Notes under the pieces: model-generated
Databases searched by the model: none
Told to the model about the DNA's origin: nothing
Seen by the model: the letters and a program-made list of their open reading frames with translations, nothing else
Part shown: in pieces, positions 11,861-25,482 of the stretch
Layout: each line of letters starts with the position of its first letter
Numbering within the stretch: the first letter of the stretch is position 1
Translations under genes and position numbers: made by a program
NCBI RefSeq assembly: GCF_006345805.1
Contig: NC_042999.1
Coordinates: forward strand, 23,436,001 to 23,500,000
Direction: 5' to 3'
Source of the DNA: Octopus sinensis
Taxonomy: Eukaryota
Length of the DNA stretch: 64,000 nt

Positions 11861-12911
11861 GTTAATCAGCCAGCCAAAGATTTCCGAGATCGCATAGCCT
11901 TACATAGTGTTATTTCCTAGAAGACCTCCGTCTTTCCTTCCTGCCTTTCTGATACTTATTGATGCACCATGTTGCATTCCAGGGGAGACCAAATTATCTG
12001 AAAGCTGAAAGAGAGAATAACTGCTCGGAACTCTGTACATTTCTGTTCGAATTGCCAATAATTTTGTCCAAATACTTATCAGATCAATCCATGCTAACTT
12101 TCAACAATGAAATACATATGTACCTAAATCAGAAACCGTTATTTATCTCCAAGACAGGGTGGTGAATTGGGGTCGGTGTACTGAATTGGGTCCTTGCAGT
12201 AATTCGTCTGTTCTTTTCCTTACATTTGAAATTTCCGTCCCGTCGAGGTCAATTTGCACACATCCCCCGCTCCAGGATCGATACGAGAAAGCATTAGTCA
12301 AGTAGTGGGATTGTTGTATCGGATAGCCTCCTTCCTTTAAAATTGCAGGCCTCCTGCCAAACTTAGGAACAGCTATTTATCCTCAGGTCTTCCCTGGTCG
12401 AGCAAAGCAACGATCGACCAAGAATATCTAGATGCTCTCATTGAAAGATATGTCCACAGGTCTTAATATACAATGAGATACAAGACAAGACACTTGGTGT
12501 TCGGACAGTAAGACAGCCAAAACAAAATGACTACCTGAGAATTAAACATCTTCTCATATGTTTCTACTCGCAATACTAGAAACAACGCATATTTATCCAA
12601 AATAAATCAATGCTTCCAACCATGACTATTCCATTGTCTGTATAATTGACAATGAATTGCATAGCATGTTCTTCCTTTTTCCCAACTGTAGTATGTAATA
12701 TAATAAGACTGTTGCTATTTCCAGCACAAAGAACGGCCACGTAGAGGCTTCCATGTGGCTATTTACACATCATAGCTACATAGAAAACAAAATAAGTAAG
12801 ATCCTTATATATTTACATTGTTAGTGTATTCTAATTTTCAACAGAGTTAATTTCACTGCTCTTATTAAGAAGCTCATGGACGTCACATCTCATAAATATA
12901 TAAGTATTCTT

Positions 12912-13100
12912 ATAGCTGATCATGTATGGAAAAGCGGAGATCACTTTCTCCTGTGGGATGAAGCTAAAATAATCGACAGAGAACACTAATGGAAAACACG
13001 AAAACTAAAAGAGGCAATACATATGCTAGGACACAATAACCTCCTAAGCGGACCTAGTGTAGATATAAGTAGCATATGGGAACTGGTATTAAGGAAGAAT
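12912..13100 (+). pseudogene. Penelope-like element GIY-YIG endonuclease C-terminal relic
   Basis: IADHVWKSGDHFLLWDEAKIIDREH*WKTRKLKEAIHMLGHNNLLSGPSVDISSIW fits the 'IA.H.W...H...W....II..E.....RK.KEA.H' end of PLE ORFs; in-frame stop. Confidence 0.7.
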
Positions 13101-13150
13101 GCAAAAATATTAGGTTTATAAGCCCTAATATTCACTCTATAATTGCCCAT

Positions 13151-13280
13151 GGGAATTTAGTGTAATGGTAAAGAGTACAGGCTACTAACCCTAAGACTCC
13201 AAGTTCAATTCCAGGCAGTGCCTTGAATAAATAATAATAATAATAATAATAATAATAGTAATAATAATAATAATAATAAT
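13151..13280 (+). mobile_element. tRNA-derived SINE head + (AAT)n, homologous to 2603-2770
   Basis: A box 'tagtgtaatgg', B box 'agttcaattcc', then 'aggcagtgccttgaat' and (AAT)n. Confidence 0.6.
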
Positions 13281-13281
13281 A

Positions 13282-13831
13282 GCCCTGATGCAGTACCAGT
13301 GGTTCTCATGGCTTCTGATCTTAACTGATTGGAAGTGTTATCATGTACATTGTTTTGTCTTGGTATAAAAGATGGGCTACAACAAATATTCTGTTCAATA
13401 CCTCAGATTTGCTTGTCAGTTGCTTGACCTTAAACAGTTGAGGATGTCCCTTTGTGGCTGACGATATGTGCATCTCTGATCACGAGCAGAAGTAGTGGGG
13501 TAGCATCATAGCCATGTGTTGAGAGGAATTCTTTGGGGTTTGAATAATTCACCTCTGGAAACATGGGTGTTTCGTTCAACATCCTTAAACAACCCTTATT
13601 CAGGGACCTTTTGAGCGGGATGGGCAACTCAACCAGAAGAAAATTCTAACTGGGCCCCACCTGCAATGTCATGTGCTGTTTATCTTGATATGAGATCACC
13701 ATGTCGCGCACATATGGTTGTGATGCATGTGCCTGGTGTACCCTTATCAGACGGGTAGTCATGATGGGTATACTGGGCTTCGTATATTTTACCCCAGTGT
13801 CACTTTGATGGCATGAAATACTCTCTCACTC
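13282..13831. mobile_element. Unclassified ~550-bp interspersed repeat (S4) embedded in (AAT)n
   Basis: Flanked by (AAT)n on both sides; partial copies at 23651-23732, 39809-40003 and 53622-54010. Confidence 0.8.
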
Positions 13832-13861
13832 AATAATGATAATAATAATAATAATAATAAT

Positions 13862-14050
13862 AACATCAGCAAAAAATACCTTAGTAATGAGAACCCAGGG
13901 TTGGGCTTGAAATTCTACCAGGGCAACTGATGAAGGCCGGAGAGAAAATCAGCCGAAACGTTGTGGTAACAACAAAAAAAGACGAGGAGGACATATCCGT
14001 CCAATGTAAATAATGTAAATAATGTACAGGACTCCTCCTCTCCAAAATAT
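13862..14050 (+). mobile_element. Hammerhead-bearing module (PLE pLTR-like) with a degenerate ribozyme
   Basis: Homologous to minus-strand 2440-2592; CTGATGA A GGCCG..CAGCC GAAA CGTT at 13927-13962, but stem I no longer pairs well. Confidence 0.65.
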
Positions 14051-15128
14051 AGAACAAGTACTGTTCTACACAGTCTTAAATTTAAATGCAATCTTGTGGT
14101 ATGAGTTCTTCTCATATGGCTTCATGCCTAAACTCGTCATAAGCTTTCCGAAACAGAAATAGTTGTAGCATTCATGATACATAAAAGCCAATGAAAATAG
14201 AAATATATACAAATAGAAATATATGCAATGAGATCAAATATGCATTAGATGTTTCATTGTGTCTTTGTTTTAAAGTAAATACATTGTTCTGCAGTGTCAC
14301 TTTGTGTAGTCACGTATAATAGATAAACAGATGACCTATTGATGGGTACGTCTCTTCACGAAAGGTTAAGCAGCTGATGATGTTTGTCGCGCTGGTGTGC
14401 TAGACAAATATTCATTCTATAACTCCTGGGAAAATGTCAATAGCAATGATAAACATTTACTGAATAGAACGGAACGCAAATGCTTGACAAATTGATTCTA
14501 TTTATCCCATTAATAAATAAATATCTATTGTTTATATTTCAGACGCATTCGTGAGTATGTGGTTACATTGTCGGTTTTAGAAATCATGGTTTCCAGTTCA
14601 ATCGAGAGGGAGGCACAGTGCCATAAGCATCTTTTACAGCATAGATAGCCTTAGATCGATTTAAGCATTGTTAGCAAAATTTGGCCGGTAGAAAGATGCT
14701 AGGGAGGAAACTAGTGGACGCATATGCGTTACATACACACACGCCCACACTTATATATGTATGTATATATATATACATATATATACATATATATATATAT
14801 ATATAATCAAAGCAATTAAGTATCTACACTATGGATTGATTCATCTTCTCTTCGAAACTAATAAGTTTTTAAAAATCTGTGATAAGGAACTTTGGAAAAC
14901 TGTTTACAACCTATATCTGCCTCTAATGGAACTATCTCCAATATTTCATGAGTATAACCTCACCCACTAAGATGTCTAGAGAACTCAAATGTATTTTAGC
15001 TGATGAGTACGGGACACTTTTATCTGCTGCAATTTTTGCAACTTGTAATAAAGCCTGTCTTTGTATGAAACAATTGTACTAAAAACTAATCCATTCTTGT
15101 TGCTTCTTTCTCGCTCATATATATATAT

Positions 15129-15243
<115 letters not shown>

Positions 15244-15415
15244 TATATTAAATTAGAGATAAAACCACTATTAGGCAAATCAAACAGTGAAAATCATAAA
15301 CCAATACATAGAAATAAATTAATTAATAAAAAATATATAAAATATAAAATTAAACCGTTATAAAAGAGAAGGGGAAAAGGCAAATACTTTCCAATAATCA
15401 GTGTCTTCGTTTGAA

Positions 15416-15519
<104 letters not shown>

Positions 15520-16338
15520 CACATATATGTGTGTATCTATACTTATAGATATATGTATGCTACATGTGTATATATGTGCTTGAGATTGCACATATACATA
15601 TATATGCATATATATGTACGAATTAATTTTTCATAATGTATGTTTGTTGGGCACATTTTTTCCTATATACCTATATTGTCTTCTCTCTCTCTCCCCGTAT
15701 ATATATTATATGACTTGGTATCGAACGGCTTCTAACTCTTTGTACCTCAGGCGACTTTAGTTTATGAAACGAGGAAAGTAAAAAGATAAAAAGAAAATTA
15801 ACTGGTTCGTTTATAGAAAGAAGAAAAATCCTTAAACTGGGATCCTAACCAGATGTAAACACAAATATCTGAAACCGTTATCAAAGAGAAGGGGAAAAGG
15901 CAAATACTTTCCAATAATCAGTGTCTTCGTTTGAACTGACTACCTTCGGATCAACAATTTCTTTGAAGTTTAAAGATTTAAGTACAACTATCCATAAACT
16001 TTGTTCTGTCTTTGAAGGGTCATTATGCCAATAATAAACACACGCACTGCTTCTCGTTCACTTCTTTTCTTATTGTTAGTCAATCCTTGAAGCCGTAAAT
16101 TAATCGATTGTTCGATTTATCGCTTGGACAATCAAACAGTCAATGAGGTCTGTCAGAGTCCGTTCGTTGTCGTCCGTGACCTCATCAATGAAAAATGCAT
16201 AAACGAAATATCCTTGCATTAGTTCAGTGCTTTGCCAGCCTAAATATTGAAGCATGAATTTAACCACCTATTTCTAAAATATATCTTTGCCAACTGTCAA
16301 ATGAATGGCGTGGGGGTGTAAACGTACGTAATACATAC

Positions 16339-16775
16339 ATGCATACATGCATACGTATGTTCATATATAACTACATACTTGTACGCACATATACATGCAT
16401 GCATATATATACACACACAGCTACACGCATACACACACATATACATACATGCATGCATCCATCCAACCAACCACTCATCCAGCTAGTCAGGCAGTCATCA
16501 ACCCATCTATTCGTAAATCCGTCTCTCCATCCATCCATCCATCCATCCATCCATCCATCCAGCCACCGACTCATACATACATACATACATACATACATAC
16601 TTACATACATACATACATGCATACATACATGCATTCATACATGCATACATACATACATACATGCATACATACATTCATACATAATACATACATACCTACA
16701 TACATACATACATACATACATACATACATACATACATACATACATACATACATACATACATACATACATACACAT
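16339..16775. repeat. (CATA)n/(CCAT)n tetranucleotide microsatellites
   Basis: Directly visible. Confidence 0.9.
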
Positions 16776-17078
16776 AAAAATACCCTGTTGTTGGTGTTGA
16801 AATTCCAGCGAAGGAACCTTAGGTCTAGGTTAGAAACCGGTTCCATTTCTATTGGCAAGAAATCTTGAAATAAACTGAATAATAACATATATTAGGCTTC
16901 TCAAAAGCAGAAACATGAAAGCTAATTCGAAGACTACAGATCCAGTCCATCACTGGAACTGTAAAAATCTGTAAAACTTTCCAGAAGTTTATCATTTAAG
17001 TATATGTGATTATGTGTAGATATGCAATTATATGCATGAGAATACATACAGAAAACATACAAATCTGCACATATACAT

Positions 17079-17498
17079 ACTCTTTTACGCTTTTACTCTT
17101 TTACTTGTTGTAGTCATTTCATTGTGGCCACGCTGGAGCACCGCCTTTAGTTGAGCAAATCGACCCCAGGACTTATTCTTTGTAAGCCTAGTACTTGTTC
17201 TAGCTGAACCGCTAAGTTACGGAAACTTAAACGCACCAGCATGGGTTGTCAAGCGATGTTGGGGGACAAACACAGACACACAAACATACACACACACACA
17301 CACACATATATATACATATATATATACATATATACGACGAGCGTCTTTCAGTTTCCGTCTCTCAAATCCACTCACAAGACTTTGGTCGGCCCTAGGCTAT
17401 AGTAGAAGACACTTGGCCTAGGTGCAACGCAGTGGGACTGAACCCGGAACCATGTCGTTCGTAAGCAAGCTACTTACAACACAGCCACTTCTGCACCT
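17079..17498 (-). mobile_element. Composite SINE S2, diverged
   Basis: Same head and tail as 3842-4337; interrupts a (CATA)-'aaaaatac' repeat. Confidence 0.85.
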
Positions 17499-17605
17499 AC
17501 AAAAATACTCTGCCGATGTTAAATTCCAATGAAGAAGCCTTCGATCTAAGTTAGAAACCGGCTCTTTCTCTATTTCAAGAAATCTTTAAATATAACTGAA
17601 TAATG

Positions 17606-17750
17606 CCACACAAATATACATACATACATACAAACATACATACATACATACATACATACATACATACATACATACATACATACAGTCATACATACATACA
17701 TACATACATACATACACACACACATACATACATACATACTTACATACATG

Positions 17751-17784
<34 letters not shown>

Positions 17785-18091
17785 CACACGGACACACAGA
17801 CACACACATATATATATATGTGGTGGATATACAATTTAAGCTTCGCTAAAAGTGTATCATGTGTTGAAGAGATGCAGTTCCAGACCCAACCGTTTAGCAT
17901 TTAAAAAGATTCTTTCAACTAGCATCGAGTAATTCTGTGACCAATATCAAAATACCTGATACAGATATTCACATTTACAAATATATACTGACATTTATAT
18001 ATACGTGCGTGTAGGTGCGTGAATACATTCACTCGCACGCGCATACACACACATATATGTGTGTGTGAATATATATGCATATATATATATC

Positions 18092-18170
<79 letters not shown>

Positions 18171-18312
18171 ATATATACACACACATATATATGTATATAT
18201 ACCCAAACATATATATGTATATACACACATACATACATATATACATACATATATATATATATATGTGTATATATATATATATATGTATGTAAATATATAT
18301 ATATAATATACA

Positions 18313-18362
<50 letters not shown>

Positions 18363-18470
18363 AAGACAAACATATATATCGGTATCTGACCATATATATG
18401 TGTTTGTGTGTCTGTATGTGTATAGTGTGTGTATGTATGTATGTGTGTGTAAGATAATATGGCTTGAGAA
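17606..18470. repeat. Compound (CATA)n/(CA)n/(TA)n microsatellite field
   Basis: Directly visible. Confidence 0.9.
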
Positions 18471-18737
18471 GCGAACACAGAGTAAGAGCGAGAAAACGGG
18501 AGAGAAAGAGAGAGAGTATGAGATAGATAGAGAGAAACGGAGGAAGAGAGGAAGGATCTGACTATTCTCCAGTTCCGAGTAATTTGATCATGTACTTATA
18601 AATTAACAAAATATCTCAGACTCTGCTGTCAGGCTTTAAATTATGGTCTTAGTTGAATTGTGCAAATCAAGTTATACCGAGATTTATTCACACACAAACG
18701 TCGCAAGCACTAAACACACATACACACCGGACCACAT

Positions 18738-18799
<62 letters not shown>

Positions 18800-19763
18800 C
18801 TACGTAAGAAAACATGGCCGTGCGCATATATGTACACGCATGCGTACACACATATACAGATACACTAGTGAGTCCATTACGGTCTTTCAACTGGTGGGCT
18901 GAACAAATCTGGTAATGGAACTTTTATATCTTTAACACGCAGTAAGAATTGCTATAAAACAGGAATTTGGTTTCTCAGTTATCTTTATATTTCTCTTTTA
19001 AAGTTATCCATAAAAAGCAAGCTATTAACACATCTAACAATGTTAACATTCAGATAGTTTCGGAATATCCAAATATCTGCTCGGCCTGGCCATTCAATAT
19101 ATCACATTTTATTCTAGTTCTTCGTCTTTTATCTCTCTCAGTTATGTATATACACACATACATATATGCACATATACATACATATATAAATGCACATATA
19201 TGTATAAATATGTGAACGCTCGTGTTTGTGTATACGTATATGTCGTGTATGAATAAAGGCCATTTTCAAAATCTCTTTCAACTCTCTTTCTTCTGATTCT
19301 ATAGATATCCGGTTGTGGGTTCGTGCTACTCCTACGAAATATGTGGAGCACTTTCTTTCATTTTGAGGCCTAATCGTACGATATATAAATATATGTGAAT
19401 ATTTTTACACAAGCATGTTTGTGTGGTAAGAAGACACCCACTGCCGGAGTCTCGTGGAGCTTTTTGTTACTGATTGACCCTGAAAAGAGGAAAGGCAAAT
19501 TTTACCCCGGTGGGGTTAGAACTCAGAAAAACTAAAGAGCTCGAAGAAATGCTGGAAAGCAGTTTGTTCGATGCACTTATGATTTTGCCAGCAGCCGTCC
19601 TGGGGAAAAAGAAAACGTGTTTAGAAAATGGCAGAGTCGTTAGATCGAGGGATGTATTGTAGTGTTCTCTCTAGCAATCTGAGTTCATGTACCGCCGAAG
19701 ATAACTATGGTTTCTTCTATGAGCTGCCCCAGCATGGCCTCAGTTCAATAACTGAAACAAATC

Positions 19764-20137
19764 AACCACATGGTTCCGGGTTCAGTCTCACTGCGTGGCA
19801 TCTTGGGCAAGTGTCTTCTTCTATAGCCTCGGGCCGACCAAAGGCTTGTGAGTGGATTTGGTAGACGGAAACTGAAAGAAGCCCGTCCTATATATGTATA
19901 TATATATGTGTGTGTGTGTTTGTGTGTCTGTGTTTGTCCCCCTAGTATTGCTTGACAACCGATGCTGGTGTGTTTACGTCCCCGTCACTTAGCGGTTCGG
20001 CAAAAGACACCGATAGAATAAGTACTGGGCTTACAAAGAGTAAGTCCCGGGGTCGATTTGCTCGACTAAAGGCGGTGCTCCAGCATGGCCGCAGTCAAAT
20101 GCCTGAAACAAGTAAAAGAGTAAAAAAGAGTAAAAGA
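19764..20137 (+). mobile_element. Composite SINE S2, 5'-truncated
   Basis: Head fragment, short (TA)(TG) spacer, body and GAGTAAAA tail. Confidence 0.85.
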
Positions 20138-20310
20138 ATAAATGTGCACCTTCCAGCACACTACTGCCCACCTCCTTTGAATAAAAAGTACTCAATTCCC
20201 AGGACACTCCATGTTCTTCGGTCTTCATGTTAAAAAATCTATATCTATCAGTACACTGAGGCAGACGTACGTTACGCTGTCACGTGATTAGTAGAAGAGA
20301 GAAGGCAAAG

Positions 20311-20352
<42 letters not shown>

Positions 20353-20617
20353 GGGAGTAGGAGAGATGCCAACGGCGTGGGGTGAGGGGAATGTAATATT
20401 TATCACATGATTAAAGAGTTAATTGAAAGGAGTGATATTGAGAAAGTAGGAAATACAATGTTTAGTAGCGAACAATACTACTACTACTACTACTAGTTGT
20501 AGTAGTAGTAGTAGCAGGCGTTAAAACAGTTGCCGCTATGAATTTCGTCGGCAACTTCATTCGCCCAGGCACCAAAACCATTACAACAGTTTTAAGACGA
20601 GACCGTATATATACTAC

Positions 20618-20999
20618 GGAGGTGCAATGGCCCAGTGGTTAGGGCAGCGGACTCGCGGTCATAGGACCGCGGTTTCGATTCCCAGACCGGGCGCTGTGAG
20701 TGTTTATTGAGCGAAAACACCTAAAGCTCCACGAGGCTCCAGCAGGGCATGGTGGTGATCCCTGCTGTACTCTTTCACCACAACTTTCTCTCACTCTTAC
20801 TTCCTGTTTCTGTTGTACCTGTATTTCAAAGGGCCGTCCTTGTCACTCTCTGTGTCACGCTGAATATCCCCGAGAACTACGTTAAGGGTACACGTGTCTG
20901 TGGAGTGCTCAGCCACTTACACGTTAATTTCACGAGCAGGCTGTTCCGTTGATCGGATCAACCGGAACCCTCGTCGTCGTAACCGACGGAGTGTTTCCA
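20618..20999 (+). mobile_element. SINE S1, full length, 11-bp TSD
   Basis: TSD atatatactac at 20607-20617 and 21001-21011. Confidence 0.9.
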
Positions 21000-21087
21000 C
21001 ATATATACTACACACATGCGAGTGTGTGTCACTCAGTGAGTATATTTGCGTACTGAATACGTACGTACATACATTCATGCATACAAC

Positions 21088-21142
<55 letters not shown>

Positions 21143-21145
<3 letters not shown>

Positions 21146-21554
21146 TCTTTACTCTTTACTCTTTTACATGTTTCAGTCATTTGACTGCGGCCATGCTGGA
21201 GCACCGCCTTTAGTCGAGCAAATCGACCCCGGGACTTATTCTTTGTAAGCCCAGTACTTATTCTATCGGTCTCTTTTGCCGAACCGCTAAGTGACGGGGA
21301 CGTAAACACACCAGCATCGGTTGTCAAGCAATGCTAGGGGGACAAACACAGACACAGAAACACATACAAACACACACACATATATATACATATACACGAC
21401 AGGCTTCTTTCAGTTTCCGTCTACCAAATCCACTCACAAGGCATTGGTCGGCCCGGGGCTATAGTAAAAGACACTTGCCGAAGATGCCACGCAGTGGGAC
21501 TGAACCCGGAACCATGTAGTTGGTTAGCAAGCTACTTACCACACAGCCACTCCT
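21143..21554 (-). mobile_element. Composite SINE S2
   Basis: Full tail, body and head. Confidence 0.9.
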
Positions 21555-21574
21555 ATATATACATATATGTATGT

Positions 21575-21699
21575 AAACCACAAAAAAAGGATAAATTCTC
21601 GAAAGGAATGAAATTAAAAACGTTTACCATCTCAACTTGAGATGGTAAACGTTTTTAATTTTCATTCCTTTCGAGAATTTATCCTTTTTTTTGTGGTTT
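21575..21699. repeat. Near-perfect palindrome (61/63-bp arms, 1-nt spacer)
   Basis: Centre 'ctcaa c ttgag' at 21636; arms differ only by two homopolymer-length indels. Confidence 0.9.
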
Positions 21700-22336
21700 T
21701 TGAGATTTCTACTGCTCTTTCTAGCACAACGCTTTCCTATTTGGAAGCCTCTGATTGTATTTCTATATGAATAATATATAGTCTAATGACTAATTCGTTT
21801 TTGTGCTAGGCCACTGGTAATAATAATTTAGTATTACCCGATGTATTATGTTTATATATACATATATATATTCTTTTACTCTTTTACTTGTTTCAGTCAT
21901 TTGGCTGCAGCCAAGCTGGAGCACCGCCTTTGGTCGAGCAAATTGACCCCAGCACTTATTCTTTGTAAGCCTAGTACATATTCTATCGGTCCCTTTTGCC
22001 GAACCGCTATCCGTTTTTTCCGTCCTTGTTTTTGTATACATTCGCTGCTTTCTTCCAAGGAATCTAATGCTCTTAGATTAGTTATTCCTTGGGGCTGGCC
22101 AGATTGGAGCAATCTCTAGTATAACCAGCCGAAATTGCGAGTATGGTCCGGTTCTTGACTGAAGATAAAAGGCTAAGATAATCTGGTACTCGACGGAGGA
22201 AAGAAAACTTCGAATGACCCATACTTGTTTTCTTTGTATCGTCTATCTGGATGTTTTGTTGTCTTATATTTATGTCACCTAACTGTCCGGATGTTTTGCA
22301 TTCTTGTCCCATTTTGTATTATATATATATATATAT

Positions 22337-22730
22337 AGGCGCTGGAGTGGCTGTGTGGTAAGTAGCTTGCCTACCAACCACATGGTTCCGGGTTCAGTCC
22401 CACTGCGTGGCAGCTTGGGCAAGTGTCTTGTGAGTGGATTTGGTAGACGGAAACTGAAAGAAGCCTGTCGTATATATGTATAAATATATATGTACGTGTG
22501 TGTATATGTTTGTGTGTCTGTGTTTGTCCCTCTAGCATTGCTTGACAACCGATGCTGGTGTGTTTACGTCCCCGTCACTTAGCGGTTCGGCAAAAGAGAC
22601 CGATGGAATTAATACTGGACTTACAAAGAATAAGTCTTGGGGTCGATTTGCTTGACTAAAGGCGGTGCTCCAGCATGGCCACAGTCAAATGACTGAAACA
22701 AGTAAGAGAGTAAGAGAGTAATAGAGAGTA
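22337..22730 (+). mobile_element. Composite SINE S2
   Basis: Full head to tail. Confidence 0.9.
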
Positions 22731-23264
22731 TATATATTTATAGCGGCATACATACACTTTGGTCTCTGATATATGCAATGGAAAGAAGTGGAGAATGATT
22801 TAATTTTGTGCGCTTATATGTATGAAAAAGAAAAAAAAATTGACGATATGTTTTTCACTGAAAATGTTTATGCCCTTACTTGAACTGATACAGCATTGGT
22901 ATACAGATACTCAAGGTCTGTTTGACAAATATAATTTATATAAACATAAGGGAACAAGGAAACGAGTTGCTCTCAGTCTGTTGTACTAAAAGAAAATTTA
23001 ATATATATATAGATGTCTCTCTCTCTCTCTCTTCAGACACACACATAGACACACTAATAAATATCTAATAGGCTAGTTGCTGGAAGAAAAGTGTTGATAC
23101 TGCAGTAATTTCTAATTGATTCATGTCATGCCATATTCAACATGGAACCATGATGTAGATGGGATATTGTCAAGATTCCAAAACACATAAATTCGTCAGT
23201 TAGATTTGGGACTTAAAGCATTCAAACCAGATCAATACAAATTTATTTACAATGTAATTGTGCT

Positions 23265-23273
23265 ACTACTAAA

Positions 23274-23304
<31 letters not shown>

Positions 23305-23305
23305 A

Positions 23306-23355
<50 letters not shown>

Positions 23356-23356
23356 G

Positions 23357-23396
<40 letters not shown>

Positions 23397-23493
23397 GCTG
23401 CTGCTGCTACTACTAGTACGACTACTACTTATGATAATAATAATAATAATGATAATAATAATGATAATAATAATATTAATGATAATAATAATA

Positions 23494-23542
<49 letters not shown>

Positions 23543-23576
23543 TAATAATAATAATAACAATAATAATAATAATAAC

Positions 23577-23611
<35 letters not shown>

Positions 23612-23650
23612 CAACAACAACAACAATAATAATAATAATAATAATAATAA
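23265..23650. repeat. (CTA)n followed by (AAT)n trinucleotide arrays
   Basis: Directly visible. Confidence 0.9.
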
Positions 23651-24921
23651 ATGCCCTGATGCAATACAAGGCAGTGGTTCTCATGGCTTCTGATCTTAAC
23701 TGATTGGAAGTGTTATCATGTACATTGTTTTGACACTGAGGGGGTCACTACGAGGATAGTTTACAATTTGTGTCATTACGTGGACAGTTTGTATTAAAAA
23801 TGGGGTGAAACAAATGGAAAAGACAGTGAAATGGCATAAAAGAATATATATATATACCTATTATACAAGGTAAGTGGAAACAGGAAAGCTGTATTCTACC
23901 AGATACAGGTGCAAATCGAACAAGAACCAGCCAAGGAATCCCAGATCCATGCTCACTCAGATTTCCAAAGGTACGAGTCCGCCCCTATGTTGTTCTCCAG
24001 TCAACATGCACCTGCTTAGAGTAGGGCAATTCGCCCTAACCATTTTCGTTACCATCAACCATCTTTACAAGATTTCGCTGAAGAGAAGCACTACCATCTC
24101 CATCCTCACTGTCCGTTCAAGCGGAACTTTAAAACAAATTTGATCAGGGCTTGACCGATATGAAAGCTGCCTTTCGTCAATCGTTTCAGCCTCGTCTGCC
24201 ACAGAAACTCTGTGACCCTACCTTATCAATCCTTATAGTTTTTATTAACCCTTTCAAACCCTTATACTGATTCTGTTCAGTTCCACTACCATTGATATAT
24301 ACATCCATCTAACCAGACCAATCGCCAACATATTTGTTGGTATTGATTTCATTTCATTTGTTAAATTTCAGTTATTTTCGAATGCTTCATGCCATACAAG
24401 TCGTGTTTATGTGTTTGTGAGTTTAAATGTGTTTATATATGTGGGCATATTTATACTCTGTGTATAGATGTATATGTGAGAGATGGAGAGAGAGACAGAG
24501 ACAGACAGAGAGCTTCAGTGTCTGCTCTGGTAATTTAGAAACTATTGAAGCATTAAATCTAGAAACTCTAGAATTTCTATCAATGATCACTAAACAATTT
24601 TTTTTTTCAAATGTTCCAATATTGTATGTTTTTTTTTATCTGTTGTATGGACATATTTCATAAACTACGGAATATACAAGAAAAATATACTAGAAAATAA
24701 AAACCAAATCATGTTCAATAAAAAAAGAAAGAACGAAATCTTTTTAAAATATGAGCTTTATGAAAAGTTAAATCAGTTCTGCAGAGTAAAAACATAGACA
24801 AAAAGAAAAATACAAATATATATGTATATATTTATACATGTATATATATATATATATAACATTATTGGTGAATTGAAGAAATGGAGCTGAACGCAGATTG
24901 AACAGAAATCGTTTTATTTCA

Positions 24922-25001
24922 TTCTACACGTGTTTCGAAAGGCACAAATTACCAAAATCCGATTGAATAATGGGACCATATTGTGTCTTTCTCTTCAGGA
25001 A
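24922..25001 (-). ncRNA. Type I hammerhead ribozyme motif (left arm copy)
   Basis: Reverse complement of the 25403-25482 motif. Confidence 0.7.
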
Positions 25002-25402
25002 GAAAAAAGGAAATCCGTTAGAGAAACAAAAACAGAACAGAGGCGGAGCAAAACCAAATCGAACTATGCTCCTAAGAGCCATGGCGAAACTGTTTATCAG
25101 TGTATGCTGAGAACCGGTGGCTGAAGAATTCTACAGGTCAGGCATCGGTCAATCATGTGGGTGAGGGTGTATAGATGTTCTTAGTGACCGAGAATAAAGT
25201 TCTGACTATTTAAGGAATATTGGACATCTGTACACCCTCACCCACATGATTGACCGATGCCTGACCTGTAGAATTCTTCAGCCACCGGTTCTCAGCATAC
25301 ACTGATAAACAGTTTCGCCATGGGCTCTTAGGAGCATAGTTCGATTTGGTTTTTGCTCCGCCTCTGTTCTGTTTTTGTTTCTCTAACGGATTTCCTTTTT
25401 TC

Positions 25403-25482
25403 TTCCTGAAGAGAAAGACACAATATGGTCCCATTATTCAATCGGATTTTGGTAATTTGTGCCTTTCGAAACACGTGTAGAA
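25403..25482 (+). ncRNA. Type I hammerhead ribozyme motif with canonical core
   Basis: TTC CTGAAGA GAAAGACACAA...TTGTGCCTTTC GAAA CACGTG T A GAA. Stem II 10 of 11 bp, palindromic stem III ACACGTGT, cleavage triplet GUA, stem I 3 bp. Confidence 0.75.

Noticed and set aside
13282-13831. HDV-like ribozyme in S4 or upstream of the R4 relic
   Set aside because: I could not build the nested double pseudoknot by eye; it needs a descriptor search.
14374-14410. CTGATGA followed by an 8-bp hairpin (TGTTTGTC/GACAAATA)
   Set aside because: No GAAA or stem III follows, so it is not a hammerhead.
22081-22145. GGCTGG...CCAGCC GAAA resembling hammerhead stem II
   Set aside because: The CUGANGA core is absent ('ccttgg') and stem III is broken; at best a dead relic.
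23874-24250. Possible very old L1/Tx1 fragment on the minus strand
   Set aside because: Only a vague 'RGGL.P' resemblance with many stops; cannot be supported without a profile search.
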